Positions 8,754 through 18,994 of a DNA stretch of 64,000 nt are shown here, piece after piece. Below the pieces are notes generated by a model. It was given only the letters and a program-made list of their open reading frames with translations. It was not told where the DNA came from and did no database searches. How positions within the stretch are numbered: position 1 is the first letter of the stretch; the number at the start of each line of letters is the position of its first letter. The DNA is from an uncultured Acidimicrobiia bacterium (GTDB lineage Bacteria; Actinomycetota; Acidimicrobiia; Spongiisociales; ZC4RG35), in the NCBI GenBank assembly GCA_963761985.1, contig CAVXIT010000003.1:204105-268104 (forward strand), in the 5' to 3' direction. Position numbers and translations under genes: made by a program.

Positions 8754-11700
8754 TTGTATTTAAAGACGTTGAAGGTGGTCGGGTTCAAATCGTTCGCCGA
8801 TCGAACGCGCCTCGAATTCCGCCCCGGGGTGTCAGTGATCGTCGGACCCAATGGTTCGGGCAAGTCCAACCTGGTCGACGCCATCCACTGGGTTTTGGGG
8901 ACGCAAGCGCCCACCACCTTGCGGACCTCGCGGATGGAGGATGTCATCTTTGCGGGCACCGCCACTCGCCCTGCTCTCAACCGAAGCGAGGTGACAGTTG
9001 TCTTCGACAACAACGCCCGTCAATTGGCGCTCGATCTCGATGAGGTAGCGATCACCCGCCGGCTGTATCGAGATGGATCGTCCGACTACGAGATCAACGG
9101 CGTTGCCTGTCGCCTGCTCGACATCACCGAACTGCTGAGCGACTCGGGCGTTGGCCGCCACCAGCACATCATCATCAACCAGGGTCAGGTGGAATCGATC
9201 CTTAGCGCCGGACCTGAGGAGCATCGCGCCGTCATCGAAGAAGCCGCGGGGATCCTCAAACACAAACTGCGGAAAGCACGGGCATTGCGGCGGTTGGAAC
9301 GAACCGACGACGACCTGATCCGGCTCACTGACATTCTCTCTGAGATCAGCCGGCAGATGAAGCCCTTGAAGCGCCAGGCCGAAGCGGCAGACCATCATGG
9401 ATCTCTGCAGGCCGAGGTCAGAAGCCTGACGCTCTTCCTCGCCGGCGAGGAGCTTCGCCATCTCGACCTCACTCTCGACGACGCTCGCAACCGGCACGGT
9501 CAGCTAACCGAAACGCTCGACGCTGCCCGAACCGAATCCACCAGGCTCGCTGCCGAGGTCGAGAACAACTCCGCGACGGTCGCCCAACTTCGGGAGACCC
9601 TCGATCGGGACGGCGAGGCCGCGGCGCGACTCGAAACAACAATGGAGCGTCTGCGTCGTGTCGCGCATGTGGCGGCCGAACGTCATCGCAACGGCTTGAG
9701 CCGCCGGGCCGGAGCGGACGAGCGCCGCCGAGACCTGGAAGACGAACAGACATCCCTGAATCGCGAGACGGATGACGCTCTGGTACTTCTCGAACAAGTG
9801 CAAGGTGAAACCGAGCGGCAAGAAGCAAGATTTCGGTTGCTCGAAGAACAGGAGCGATCGCTGGCCGATCAGGCTGACCTTTCCGCCGAGGGCGCGCTGG
9901 CGGTCGTCCAGGGCGAGCAGCGTTCATTGGCTGCAGCCGACGAACGTGACAGGCGCGAGGCCGCTCAGGTCGATCATCGTCTCTCGATAGTTTCGAACCA
10001 GCTAGCGGCCGAGGCTGAATCCGCGGCCGCCATCGAGTCGGAGATGCTCGGGTTCGACGCCGCGACCGTTGACGCGCAGGATCGTTACGACGAAGCCGCG
10101 GTCAACCGTCAGGGCGATCAAGCGTCCTGGGAAGAGGCTCAGGCCGAAGAGCAGAATCGCCATCTCGAGGTCGCCGCAGCGTCGGCGAGACGGGACGCGA
10201 TTGCAGCGGCGGCTGCTGGCAGTGTGGAGCTTGCTTCGCGCGAACTGGCATCGAACGCGCGAGGAGCGATCGGGACGTTGACATCGCTTTGGAACGTCCC
10301 TGTCGAGTGGAAGCTGGCGGTCGACGCTGCGCTTGGAAGCTGGGCGGAAGCCATTGCGTTCAGCAACCAATCCGAGCTCGAGCTCGCGGTGATCGATCTG
10401 AAGGCGGCCGGTTTGGGAGGCTTGTCCACCGTCAGCATCGGCGCACGATCTGAGCAATTCGCCCGGCCAACCGCGGTCGACGGCTACGAACGCCTGGTCA
10501 CGGTGATTGGAGCATTGGATTCCGAAATAGCGGTTGACTTGCTCGGCGACGTGGTTGTTACCGAGGACTGGGCCAAAGCCTGGGCTTTCGTGCAGGAGCA
10601 CCCGGGCCTGCGGGCGGTCACGGCCGAAGGCGACCTGGTAACCGGTGCGGGCATCAGTCTCGGCCGGTCGGAAGCAGCAAGATCCACGAAGCTCGAAGAA
10701 GCGGAAGCTTTGCTGGAGCAAGCCGAAGTTGCTCTCGCCAAAGCCAAAAGCCGGGTAACCAGTCTGCGCCGGCAGTTCGATGCCAGCCGGGCGTTGGAGC
10801 GGGTGGCACTCGAATCGCTCGAGTCGATCGAAGCCCGGCTGGCCGGCACCACCGAGGCGAGGGGCCGCTCGAAACGAGTAGCGGCTGAGCTCACCGCCGA
10901 ACACCGTCGGCTCGAAGAGCGCCGGGCCCAACTGTCAGCTCTGATTTCGCAGCGACAGATAGCGCTCGAGAATGCGGGACAGACGATCTCGGCTCTGGCA
11001 GGTGCGGAGGCGGAGACGCAACGAGTGATGGAAGACCTGAACGAACGGCGTCGTCAGATCGCGTCAGAAAAAGAATTGGCTCGCGCGTCGTGGCAGGACG
11101 CGGCACGTTCAGCATCGGCGACCGCCGAACGCTTGGCTCTCCTGCAAAACCGCCGCCAGGTTGTCGAAGACGAGCTCGCCGGGCGCCTCACGAGCTTGGA
11201 TCAGGACACCGATTTGAACAGGCTGTCGCGGATCGAGGATCTGGCCCGGGGAGCTGTCGATGTCCTCCGGCATCAAATCGGTGTGCTTCGGGATCGTCAG
11301 GCGCACGAGCGAGAGGACTTGCGAGCCGTTGAGCTCGAGCTCAGCACGCAGCAGCGGGAGGCGGCCGGTCTTACAAGCCAGATCGACGAGCTACGAGAAA
11401 CGCTCAACGAACTTGCCATCGTCGAAGCCGAATCGAGGGTCAGGCGAGAAGCGGTGGTCGAGGGGCTCAGTCGGGAGATCGACGCTGATGAGCGAGCGGC
11501 GCTCGATGCCGACCCGGTCGCGGGCGAAAACCTTTCCGCGCTCCTAGCCCGTCGACAAGCGGAGTTGCGACGCATGGGACCGGTCAACCCGCTGGCTGCC
11601 GATGAGTATCGCGAACTTGCCGAACGTCATGACTTCATGGCTGCACAACTTGAGGATCTACAGAAGTCGCGTACCGAGTTGCGCCAGGTGATGCGCGCCC

Positions 11701-12180
11701 TCGATGAAGAGATCCAGGTTCGCTTCAACTCCGCCTTCGAAGAAGTCGCCTCGGCCTATCAGGAATACTTCGAGGTGCTTTTCCCGGGTGGCTCTGGCCG
11801 CATGCGTCTCAGCGAGCCCGACCAACCCCTGACATCGGGCGTCGAGATCGAGGCGCAGCCGATGGGAAAGAAGATCGGCAACCTGAGCCTGCTCTCCGGT
11901 GGTGAGCGCTCATTGGCCGCATTGGCGTTTTTGTTTGGAGTCTTCAAGGCGCGACCGTCGCCTTTCTATATCCTCGACGAGGTTGAGGCCGCCCTCGACG
12001 ACTCCAACCTGCGGCGCTTTCTTACGTCTGGTCGATACGTTCCGCGGCGAGAGCCAGCTCGTCCTCATCACCCATCAGCAACAAACGATGGAGGTTGCCG
12101 ACGTTCTCTACGGGGTCACCATGGAACCAGGCGGATCGTCCCAGGTTCTCTCCCGCGACCTCGCGACGCTGAACTTCTAG
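8754..12180 (+). CDS. smc: Chromosome segregation protein SMC. TTG start. A +1 frameshift at the TTT run 12018-12020 places the conserved C-terminal Walker B/D-loop region (RLVDTFRGESQLVLITHQQQTMEVADVLYGVTMEPGGSS) in the next frame.
   Basis: MYLKTLKVVGFKSFADRT…GPNGSGKSN (Walker A)…long coiled coils…LSGGERSLAALAFLFGVFKARPSPFYILDEVEAALDD. Confidence 0.9.
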
Positions 12181-12199
12181 CCCGGTAGCCTCGCTGGCG

Positions 12200-13204
12200 A
12201 TGGACACGCTCGGAATCGTTCTCATCCTGGCCGTCGTGTTGCTTGTCATCGGCGGCGGTTACTTCTTTGCCCGCCGGCCCCGGGCTGAGACGCCTACCGC
12301 AGCAAGACCGTCCGCTCCTTCCACGGTTTCGGGCCGGTTGGGAAAGAGTCGTTCCGCCCTCGGCCAGGCGTTGCGAGCAACCTTCGCGCGCGATCGCCTC
12401 GATCAGGAGTTCTGGGAGTCGATGGAGGAAGCACTGGTTGGAGCTGATGTCGGAGTGGCGGCTTCGGCGGGTCTGGTGGAGCGGGTCCGCCGGGGCAAAC
12501 CGGAAGATCTCGGGTCCGCCCGCCAGCTTCTGGTGTCAGAGCTGCGGGCCGCTTTCGACGGTGCTGATCGCACGCTCGACCTCGAGGGCGAACCTGCTGT
12601 CGTCTTGGTCGTGGGGGTGAACGGGGCCGGCAAGACGACCTCGATTGCCAAACTCGCTGGCCGCCTGCGCGGCGACGGCCATCAACCTTTGCTAGCCGCG
12701 GCTGACACCTTCCGGGCCGGAGCGGATTCCCAATTGCGTACCTGGGCTGAGCGGGTTGGGGTCGAGGTCGTGGGAGGGAAGGAAGGGTCCGATCCTGCCG
12801 CGGTCGCATTTGACGGCTTGCAGGCAGCGAGGGCTCGCAAGCGAGACGTGCTCATCGTCGATACGGCTGGCCGCCTCCAGTCGAAGCAGAACTTGATGCA
12901 GGAGCTGGCCAAGATCCGACGAGTGCTCGAGCGCGAAGGAGGACGGATCGCGGAGTCGCTTCTCGTCCTCGATGCCACCGCAGGACAGAACGGCATTTCG
13001 CAGGTGAGGGAATTCGCTCACGCCGTGGGCCTCACCGGCATTGTTCTCAGCAAGCTCGACGGCACGGCGCGCGGTGGAATCGTGGTTGCCGTGGAGCAGG
13101 AGTTTGGAGTGCCTGTGAAGTTCGTCGGCGTGGGGGAGGGGATCGAGGACCTGGTTCCCTTCGATCCCGACGAGTTCGTTTCCGAGCTTCTGGCCGACGC
13201 ATGA
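12200..13204 (+). CDS. ftsY: Signal recognition particle receptor FtsY
   Basis: N-terminal TM helix, then the NG domain: VGVNGAGKTTSIAKLA…DTAGR…LDGTARGG. Confidence 0.9.
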   Translation: MDTLGIVLILAVVLLVIGGGYFFARRPRAETPTAARPSAPSTVSGRLGKSRSALGQALRATFARDRLDQEFWESMEEALVGADVGVAASAGLVERVRRGKPEDLGSARQLLVSELRAAFDGADRTLDLEGEPAVVLVVGVNGAGKTTSIAKLAGRLRGDGHQPLLAAADTFRAGADSQLRTWAERVGVEVVGGKEGSDPAAVAFDGLQAARARKRDVLIVDTAGRLQSKQNLMQELAKIRRVLEREGGRIAESLLVLDATAGQNGISQVREFAHAVGLTGIVLSKLDGTARGGIVVAVEQEFGVPVKFVGVGEGIEDLVPFDPDEFVSELLADA

Positions 13205-13587
13205 GCCCCAAGGAATTGGTCGCACGGGCCCGGGCGGCAGCCGAGAACGCCTATGCGCCGTACTCAAACTTCCGGGTAGGAGCGGCCGTTCTGGCCGACG
13301 ATGGCCGGGTCTTTGCAGGAGTCAACGTCGAAAACGCCGCTCACCCGGCCGCCAATTGCGCTGAGGCTGTCGCAGTTGGGACAGCCGTTGCCGCGGGGGT
13401 GAGAAAGATCGACGCCGTGGCAGTGGCCTGTTTGGACGCAAAGTCGATCGACCTTGCCTATCCCTGCGGCCGTTGCCGGCAGATTCTCTCGGAGTTCCAT
13501 CCCGAGGCCGTCTACGTTTCTGCTGGTGGGGAAGAGTTTCGTGAGCACGCCTTCAGCGAGCTTTTGCCATATCCCTTCAATTTGTAA
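13201..13587 (+). CDS. cdd: Cytidine deaminase
   Basis: AYAPYSNFRVGAAV…NVENAA…CAEAVA…PCGRCRQ (zinc-binding motifs). ATGA overlap with ftsY. Confidence 0.8.
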   Translation: MSPKELVARARAAAENAYAPYSNFRVGAAVLADDGRVFAGVNVENAAHPAANCAEAVAVGTAVAAGVRKIDAVAVACLDAKSIDLAYPCGRCRQILSEFHPEAVYVSAGGEEFREHAFSELLPYPFNL

Positions 13588-13593
13588 GCCGGC

Positions 13594-14599
13594 GTGCGGA
13601 TTCTCTTTCTGATTCTCGATGCGTTCGATCCTGTTCGGCTTTCGCCTCATCTGACCCCCAACCTCTGGCGGTGGGCGAACGCCGACGGCGCCGCTACCGG
13701 CACGGGTCAGGCGGTAATGGCGGCGTGTACTTATCCCAATCACGCATCGTTCATCACCGGGGTTCCGCCCTCACAGCACGGGATCTTCGTCAACCACGTC
13801 ATTCGCGACGGACAGGTCGCCGGCGCGTGGGAGGTCGGTCCGCAAGCTCCGACAATCTTCGACAAGTACGGGGATGAATCAATTGCGATCCTGGGCGACC
13901 ACCACCTCGTCGGCGTGATGGGAGCTAGAGCCGCAGCCTCACACTGGCCACCAGACGGAGAGCTCCCGCTAGACGTCGAACTTGATCTCCTTGGATACCC
14001 GGCCGACGAAGCCTTGCTGCCGCAATTGCTCTCTGGACTCGCCGATGAGGCTCGTTTCACCCTTGGCTATCTCGGGTCAATCGACACCTACTCGCACGTC
14101 TTCGGTCCTGAGTCGGATGAGGCGCTCGATGCCTATCGACTAGTGGATGCACGCATTGCCCGGATCGAAGCCGCTCTCGATTGGGATGACATGGCGATCG
14201 TCGTCGTGAGCGATCACACCCAGAACACTGCCGAGGATCTGCCGGGAATCGACCTTCGTCCCGTGGTCGGCGAAGACACGATCCTGGCCGACGAGGGCAG
14301 CGCGATTTTGATCGGAGCCGCGATCGATCCCGCCATCGTCATGGCTGTTGATGGAGTCGTCGGCGCTCGCCAGCTCGACGATGGCAACACGCTTGGCCTG
14401 GTGTCGACCCGGTCGCTTCTTCGGCCCCTTCGATTCACCAATCCTGCGTGGCGTGCACGGCAACGAGGCAACGCGGACCCAGCTGGCCATGGTCACAGGT
14501 GGTCATCCCAATCGCCACATCGCGGCCGACATGGTCAACGCGGGACCGGTCCCGGCTACCGGGTGGGCGAAAGTCTTCCGCACGCTTCTCGACAGTTAG
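13594..14599 (+). CDS. Alkaline-phosphatase superfamily protein (type I phosphodiesterase / nucleotide pyrophosphatase family). Apparent frameshift at the CCCC run 14425-14428. The in-frame ORF runs on to 15042 as antisense junk over the padR operon, while the conserved tail RGVHGNE…GWAKVFRTLLDS* is in the +1 frame and ends at 14599.
   Basis: ILDAFDP…CTYPNHASFITGVPPSQHGIFVN…VVVSDHTQ, motifs typical of PF01663-type enzymes. Confidence 0.65.
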
Positions 14600-14649
14600 G
14601 GAGATCTTCCGCTGAGGAATCAAGTGTGTTGGTGGCGCTCGATCATCCG

Positions 14650-15021
14650 CTAGACAGCTTCAGGCTCAACAGGTCGCAAGAGACCAAGCACCACGACCAG
14701 AAGCCCGATGATTACTGGCAGCACCGTCGGGGCGCTCCACCAGTGCATCGGGAGCTCAGCCCAGCCCTCGGAGAGTTGGAGGACCGCCGACCGCATTGCC
14801 GCAAAACCGGTCAACGCCAATACGAGCCCAAACGCCACGATCAATTTGCGGGAGATCCACATCTCTTTCATCCTTTCGTGCAATCTCAGGACGATCGCCG
14901 TCTTCAACAGATCGAACCGGTCCAGGAACGGGTGACGCGATTGTCTAAGCATCTCGAGCACCTCTTGTTCGTAACGATCGCGCCATTTCTTCGGTGCTAT
15001 CCGGAGCAATGCGCGACTCAT
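14650..15021 (-). CDS. Small membrane protein (about 123 aa, 2-3 TM helices), co-transcribed with padR
   Basis: ATGA overlap with the padR stop. Hydrophobic segments LIVAFGLVLALTGFAAM and TVLPVIIGLLVVVLGLL. Confidence 0.55.
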   Translation of the reverse strand: MSRALLRIAPKKWRDRYEQEVLEMLRQSRHPFLDRFDLLKTAIVLRLHERMKEMWISRKLIVAFGLVLALTGFAAMRSAVLQLSEGWAELPMHWWSAPTVLPVIIGLLVVVLGLLRPVEPEAV

Positions 15022-15320
15022 GCTGGGTCACTAACAGGTTGATCGACGCGCCTCGCCTTCGCCGTTTTGACCATGGCTGACATTGCTGCGGTCTCGGCCA
15101 GAACAAGTTGTCGCCCGCGCTCGGTGATCTGGAACGGCTTGCGACGGTCGACTTCGGCTAGCTCGACCACCTGGCCGGCATCGACCAACCGGCCAATAGC
15201 TCCATAGAGGGTCCCCGGGCCGAGCCGCTTGCCGGCGAATGATTCGATGTCGGCGGCGATGGCATAACCATGTTTGGGACCGTCGAGCAGGCTGAGAAGA
15301 ATCAGTAGGGGAGGCGTCAT
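15018..15320 (-). CDS. PadR-family transcriptional regulator
   Basis: MTPPLLILLSLLDGPKHGYAIAADIE…GTLYGAIGRLVDAGQV, a PadR wHTH. ATG 15320 is preferred over the TTG at 15335. Confidence 0.75.
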   Translation of the reverse strand: MTPPLLILLSLLDGPKHGYAIAADIESFAGKRLGPGTLYGAIGRLVDAGQVVELAEVDRRKPFQITERGRQLVLAETAAMSAMVKTAKARRVDQPVSDPA

Positions 15321-15358
15321 GTCTAGTACGTACAACGTAGTACGCCCGACGTACTAAG
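15321..15358. promoter_or_regulatory. Putative PadR operator/promoter: four GTAC cores including the 8-bp palindrome GTACGTAC and flanking AGTACGT…ACGTACT inverted repeats
   Basis: tctaGTACGTACaacgtaGTACgcccgacGTACtaagtc, immediately upstream of the padR start. Confidence 0.45.
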
Positions 15359-16306
15359 TCAAGACGCGCGGGCCTCGAGGGCTTCGATCAGCTTGGGCAG
15401 CACCTTGTGGACATCGCCCACGATGCCGAGGTCGGCGATCGTGAAGATCGGAGCGTCCGCGTCCTTGTTGATCGCGATGATCGTCTTGGCGTCCTTCATC
15501 CCGACCAGGTGCTGCATCGCCCCGGAGATGCCACAGGCGATATAGATCTCGGGCTTGACGGTCTTTCCGGTTTGGCCGACCTGCTTGGCATAAGGAACCC
15601 AGCCAGCATCGACGATGGCACGAGTCGCGCCGGTCGCTGCCTTCAAACGCTTTGCCAGACGCTCGATCAGCTCGTAATTCTCAGCCGAGCCGATTCCACG
15701 ACCGCCGGAAATGATCACCGCCGCATCCTCCAGCTTGGGTCCCTCGCGTTCCTCGACATGGCTGGCGGTGACCTTGGCCCCCGCAGCTCCCACGTCGGGG
15801 AGATCGAGTTTGGTCACCGACGGCGCATTGCCTCCAGAGGGCGAGGCGACGAATGACTTCGGTCGCACCAATACGATCTTCGGTCCCGACTCGGTGATCT
15901 CGGCCTTGGCGATCTGGGTGCCGCCGAAGATCTCATGACTCGTCGAACCGGCCGCATCGACATCGACGGCGTTGGAAAGAACCGGCGCACCGATTCGAGC
16001 GGCGAGCCGACCAGCGACATCGCGATCGTCGTAGGCTTGACCAAAGAGAATGAGGTCCGGCGGATCGGACTCGATCTGTGCAGCCATCGCTCGAGCGACC
16101 GGAGCACCCACAAGGTTGTCGCCGGGGTCGACCTGCACGACTGCGCCCGCGCCATATTCGCCCAGCTTGGCCACCGCCTCGTCCGAACCGGCTCCCGCGT
16201 AAAAGGCGGTGACATCGCCGAGGTCGCGTGCTTTGGTCAGCAGCTCCAATGCCAAAGGAGATGGGCCGCCATCGGCCTCTCGCACGAAAACCCAGACTTT
16301 GGCCAT
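15359..16306 (-). CDS. etfA: Electron transfer flavoprotein alpha subunit
   Basis: …IIAINKDADAPIF…, a C-terminal FAD-binding signature. Full-length alignment to EtfA. Confidence 0.9.
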   Translation of the reverse strand: MAKVWVFVREADGGPSPLALELLTKARDLGDVTAFYAGAGSDEAVAKLGEYGAGAVVQVDPGDNLVGAPVARAMAAQIESDPPDLILFGQAYDDRDVAGRLAARIGAPVLSNAVDVDAAGSTSHEIFGGTQIAKAEITESGPKIVLVRPKSFVASPSGGNAPSVTKLDLPDVGAAGAKVTASHVEEREGPKLEDAAVIISGGRGIGSAENYELIERLAKRLKAATGATRAIVDAGWVPYAKQVGQTGKTVKPEIYIACGISGAMQHLVGMKDAKTIIAINKDADAPIFTIADLGIVGDVHKVLPKLIEALEARAS

Positions 16307-17064
16307 CAGATCACCTTCTTCTGCGCAAGCAGCTCGACGATCTTCTGAAACGCTTCGCCATCGTCTTCGATCTTGGTTCCCCCACTCCGGGTCGGCGCGT
16401 CGCTCACGTCGGTGACCTTCTCTGCTGGGTTGGCCGTGACTCCGAGGTCCGTCGACGAGTGGTTGTCGACCGGCTTCTTTTTGGCGTCCATGATCCCTTT
16501 GAACGTGGGGTAACGAGGCTCGACCACTCCGGCAGTCACCGAAACCAAGGCAGGAAGGTTCGCTTCAACGACGTCGTACCCGGTTGCCGTCTGGCGATGG
16601 ATGGTGACCTTGCCATCCGCGGCTTCGACCTGGGTCGCGTAGGTGAGGGCGGGCACATCGAGCAACTCGGCGACCATCTGCGGCACCACTCCTGAGTAAC
16701 CGTCGGTCGACTCGGTGCCGGCGATCACCAGATCGAATCCTTCCTTCTTGATGGCCTCCGCCAGAACGCGCGCCGTCTGCAAAGCATCAGATCCCTTGAG
16801 CCCGGCGTCGTCGATGACGACTGCCTTCTCCGCGCCCATCGCCAAGGCCTGGCGCAAACCTTGCATCGAGCCGGCCGGACCCATCGAGACGATGGTGACC
16901 GAACCGCCCGCTTTCTGCGCGAGCTGCAACCCCATCTCGACGCCGTAGCGATCGGTGTCGTCGAGAACCTGCTCGTTGGGACGGATGAGCCAGTTGGTCT
17001 CCGGGTCTAGTCGATAGGGAGTGGCGGGATCAGGTATCTGTTTGGCGCAAACGACGACGCGCAT
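16306..17064 (-). CDS. etfB: Electron transfer flavoprotein beta subunit
   Basis: MRVVVCAKQIPDP… with an ATG at 17064. The stop overlaps the etfA start by 1 nt. Confidence 0.9.
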   Translation of the reverse strand: MRVVVCAKQIPDPATPYRLDPETNWLIRPNEQVLDDTDRYGVEMGLQLAQKAGGSVTIVSMGPAGSMQGLRQALAMGAEKAVVIDDAGLKGSDALQTARVLAEAIKKEGFDLVIAGTESTDGYSGVVPQMVAELLDVPALTYATQVEAADGKVTIHRQTATGYDVVEANLPALVSVTAGVVEPRYPTFKGIMDAKKKPVDNHSSTDLGVTANPAEKVTDVSDAPTRSGGTKIEDDGEAFQKIVELLAQKKVI

Positions 17065-17110
17065 CAAGCTCCTTGCGTGTTCAGAAGCTGATCGTAACCC
17101 TGGCCCAATC

Positions 17111-18166
17111 TCACTGGTTTTGGGCCTGCGATTTACCCAGGTAGGACAGCAGAGAGCGGGCGGCGGCTTCGGCCCTCGATCGATAGTTGTCGGTGACCTG
17201 CAATTTGATTTCGACCTGGCCGCGCCGGGTGAACATTCGCCAGCCACCCGGGCACGCGGTGCCGGCGATGAACGCCCCGGCGAATCCATCGTCCAGAAAT
17301 GGGCCCGGAGTCTCGCCCAAGGGATTGCCGGCCAGGCGCGGGAAGTTGAGCCGCGGGTAGGTGAGCGTGACCTCGTCGAAGGTGTGCAACAGATGGTCGC
17401 GTGGTTCGTAGACCGCTTCGATCGACGGATCGTGATAGAGCTCGTGCCCGTCGACTTCGATCCGTTCGAGACTGTCACCAAGTTCGGCAATGGCGGTGCG
17501 GACCTCGGTCTTGGTCAACGCGGCCCATCTCGTCAGGTCGCCGATGTCGGCAGGACCGTGACCTGCGAAGAAGCGGTGGACGAGCCGCACCTTGGCCTCG
17601 TCGGCGTCGATCTCCTCCGGCGGAAGAAACTCGTCGACCAGGCGGTAGGTGGGTGTCGCACCTTGGAATGGTCCCGAGCACACCACAGCCCGAAGTTCGG
17701 CGACGAGCAGCAGATGTCCCATGGCCGAACCGTCGTATTGGGGAAACTCGGCTCTTATCTCTGGTCGGGTCATAGACCTGCCGGCGAGGAGCGTTGTTAG
17801 ACGTTCGAGAAACGCTCCGAAGGAAACTGCGTCGAGGCCAAGGGCCCGGTGCCGGTGGGCCACCGCTCGCTCGACCTTCGGCGAAGTCGCCGCCAGGATC
17901 CATCTCAGATCATCCGCGGCAACGAAATGCCAGGTCGGGCGCAGGATGTGAGTGCGGACAAACGCGCCTGAAGTCAATTCGGCCGCGGTGGTTTCGAGGG
18001 AGGTCTGTCCCGATCGAATCCCGAGAGCATTCAACCCGAGGATCAACTCTTGTGATTGAACGCAGCCGAGACGTCGGACGGCTTCGACCGCCGAGCCAAA
18101 GCGAGACGAACCGAGACCCTGTAGGGCGAGCCGCCTTTCGAGGACCCATTGCCAGTCGGCCATCAT
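17111..18166 (-). CDS. Winged-helix DNA-binding domain protein (YcaQ/DUF1006 family, crosslink-repair glycosylase-like)
   Basis: Length and composition are typical of YcaQ-like wHTH proteins. No catalytic motif verified. Confidence 0.5.
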   Translation of the reverse strand: MMADWQWVLERRLALQGLGSSRFGSAVEAVRRLGCVQSQELILGLNALGIRSGQTSLETTAAELTSGAFVRTHILRPTWHFVAADDLRWILAATSPKVERAVAHRHRALGLDAVSFGAFLERLTTLLAGRSMTRPEIRAEFPQYDGSAMGHLLLVAELRAVVCSGPFQGATPTYRLVDEFLPPEEIDADEAKVRLVHRFFAGHGPADIGDLTRWAALTKTEVRTAIAELGDSLERIEVDGHELYHDPSIEAVYEPRDHLLHTFDEVTLTYPRLNFPRLAGNPLGETPGPFLDDGFAGAFIAGTACPGGWRMFTRRGQVEIKLQVTDNYRSRAEAAARSLLSYLGKSQAQNQ

Positions 18167-18994
18167 GTCGCCTTCATGTCAGCAGTCTTTGCGTTGCTTG
18201 CTTCGCTCACCTACGGCGCCGCCGACTTCCTCGGTGGCGTGGTGGGAAAGCGAATGCAGACCCTGCAATTGGTGTTCTGGTCACAGCTGTCTGGTCTCGT
18301 GTTCACCGGCTTGGCCAGTTTGCTCTTCCCAGCCACGGCGGTGACTCTCCGAGACTTGATCTGGGGCGTCGTGGCGACCTTCGCCGGCGTAGTAGGCATC
18401 TTTGCCCTCTATCAGGGACTCGCGCGCGGTCGGATGGCAGTGGTTTCGCCGCTCGCCGGGCTATTGAGCGCGTTGATCCCTTTTGGACTCGGTCTCGGAC
18501 TGGGGGAAAGACTCCGACCCCTCGAACTCGTCGGCGTGGCGCTCGCCCTGCCGGCAATCTGGATCGTGAGTGCTAGCTCCGGCGCCAAGCGCGGCACCGC
18601 GGGAGCGGGGATGGGGATTCTGGCGGGTATCGGATTCGGGCTTTTCTTCGCCGCCCTGTCTCAAACAGGCGACGGGGCCGGCTACTGGCCCTTGGTCTCC
18701 GGCCGGGCAATATCGTTCGTGCTGCTGGGAGCGTTCGTTGGCCGCAATCTGCCAATGCCCCCAAAAGGCTCCCGCCTAGCGATCGTTCTCCTTGGCATTG
18801 GTGATGCGCTGGCCAATGTCTTCTTGTTGGTCGCTTATCGCTCGGGTCTCATCAGCCTCGTTTCAGTGCTGGCCTCGCTCTATCCCGCGGTCACGGTGCT
18901 GCTGGCGGTGCAGGTCCTGAAAGAGCCGCTTGCCCGCCGACAGATCTTCGGACTGGTGCTGACGTTGGTGGCGGTGGCCCTGATCGCTCTTTAG
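18149..18994 (+). CDS. EamA/DMT-family transporter (10 TM). The start may be the M at 18176, which would avoid overlap with the divergent neighbour.
   Basis: Two EamA-like hydrophobic halves. Gly-rich TM segments. Confidence 0.7.
   Translation: MPVGHHVAFMSAVFALLASLTYGAADFLGGVVGKRMQTLQLVFWSQLSGLVFTGLASLLFPATAVTLRDLIWGVVATFAGVVGIFALYQGLARGRMAVVSPLAGLLSALIPFGLGLGLGERLRPLELVGVALALPAIWIVSASSGAKRGTAGAGMGILAGIGFGLFFAALSQTGDGAGYWPLVSGRAISFVLLGAFVGRNLPMPPKGSRLAIVLLGIGDALANVFLLVAYRSGLISLVSVLASLYPAVTVLLAVQVLKEPLARRQIFGLVLTLVAVALIAL

Noticed and set aside
14600-15042. The 3' part of ORF 13594..15042 (His/Arg/Gln-rich tail)
   Set aside because: The tail runs antisense across the well-supported padR and membrane-protein genes, and it loses all AP-family similarity. 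The conserved C-terminus is in the +1 frame and ends at 14599, so this is a frameshift, not a long protein.
17065-17490. N-terminal 140-aa extension of the etfB ORF (16306..17490)
   Set aside because: EtfB aligns from MRVVVCAKQIPDP with the ATG at 17064. The upstream in-frame region is Arg/Ser/Pro-rich and overlaps the 3' end of the YcaQ-like gene.
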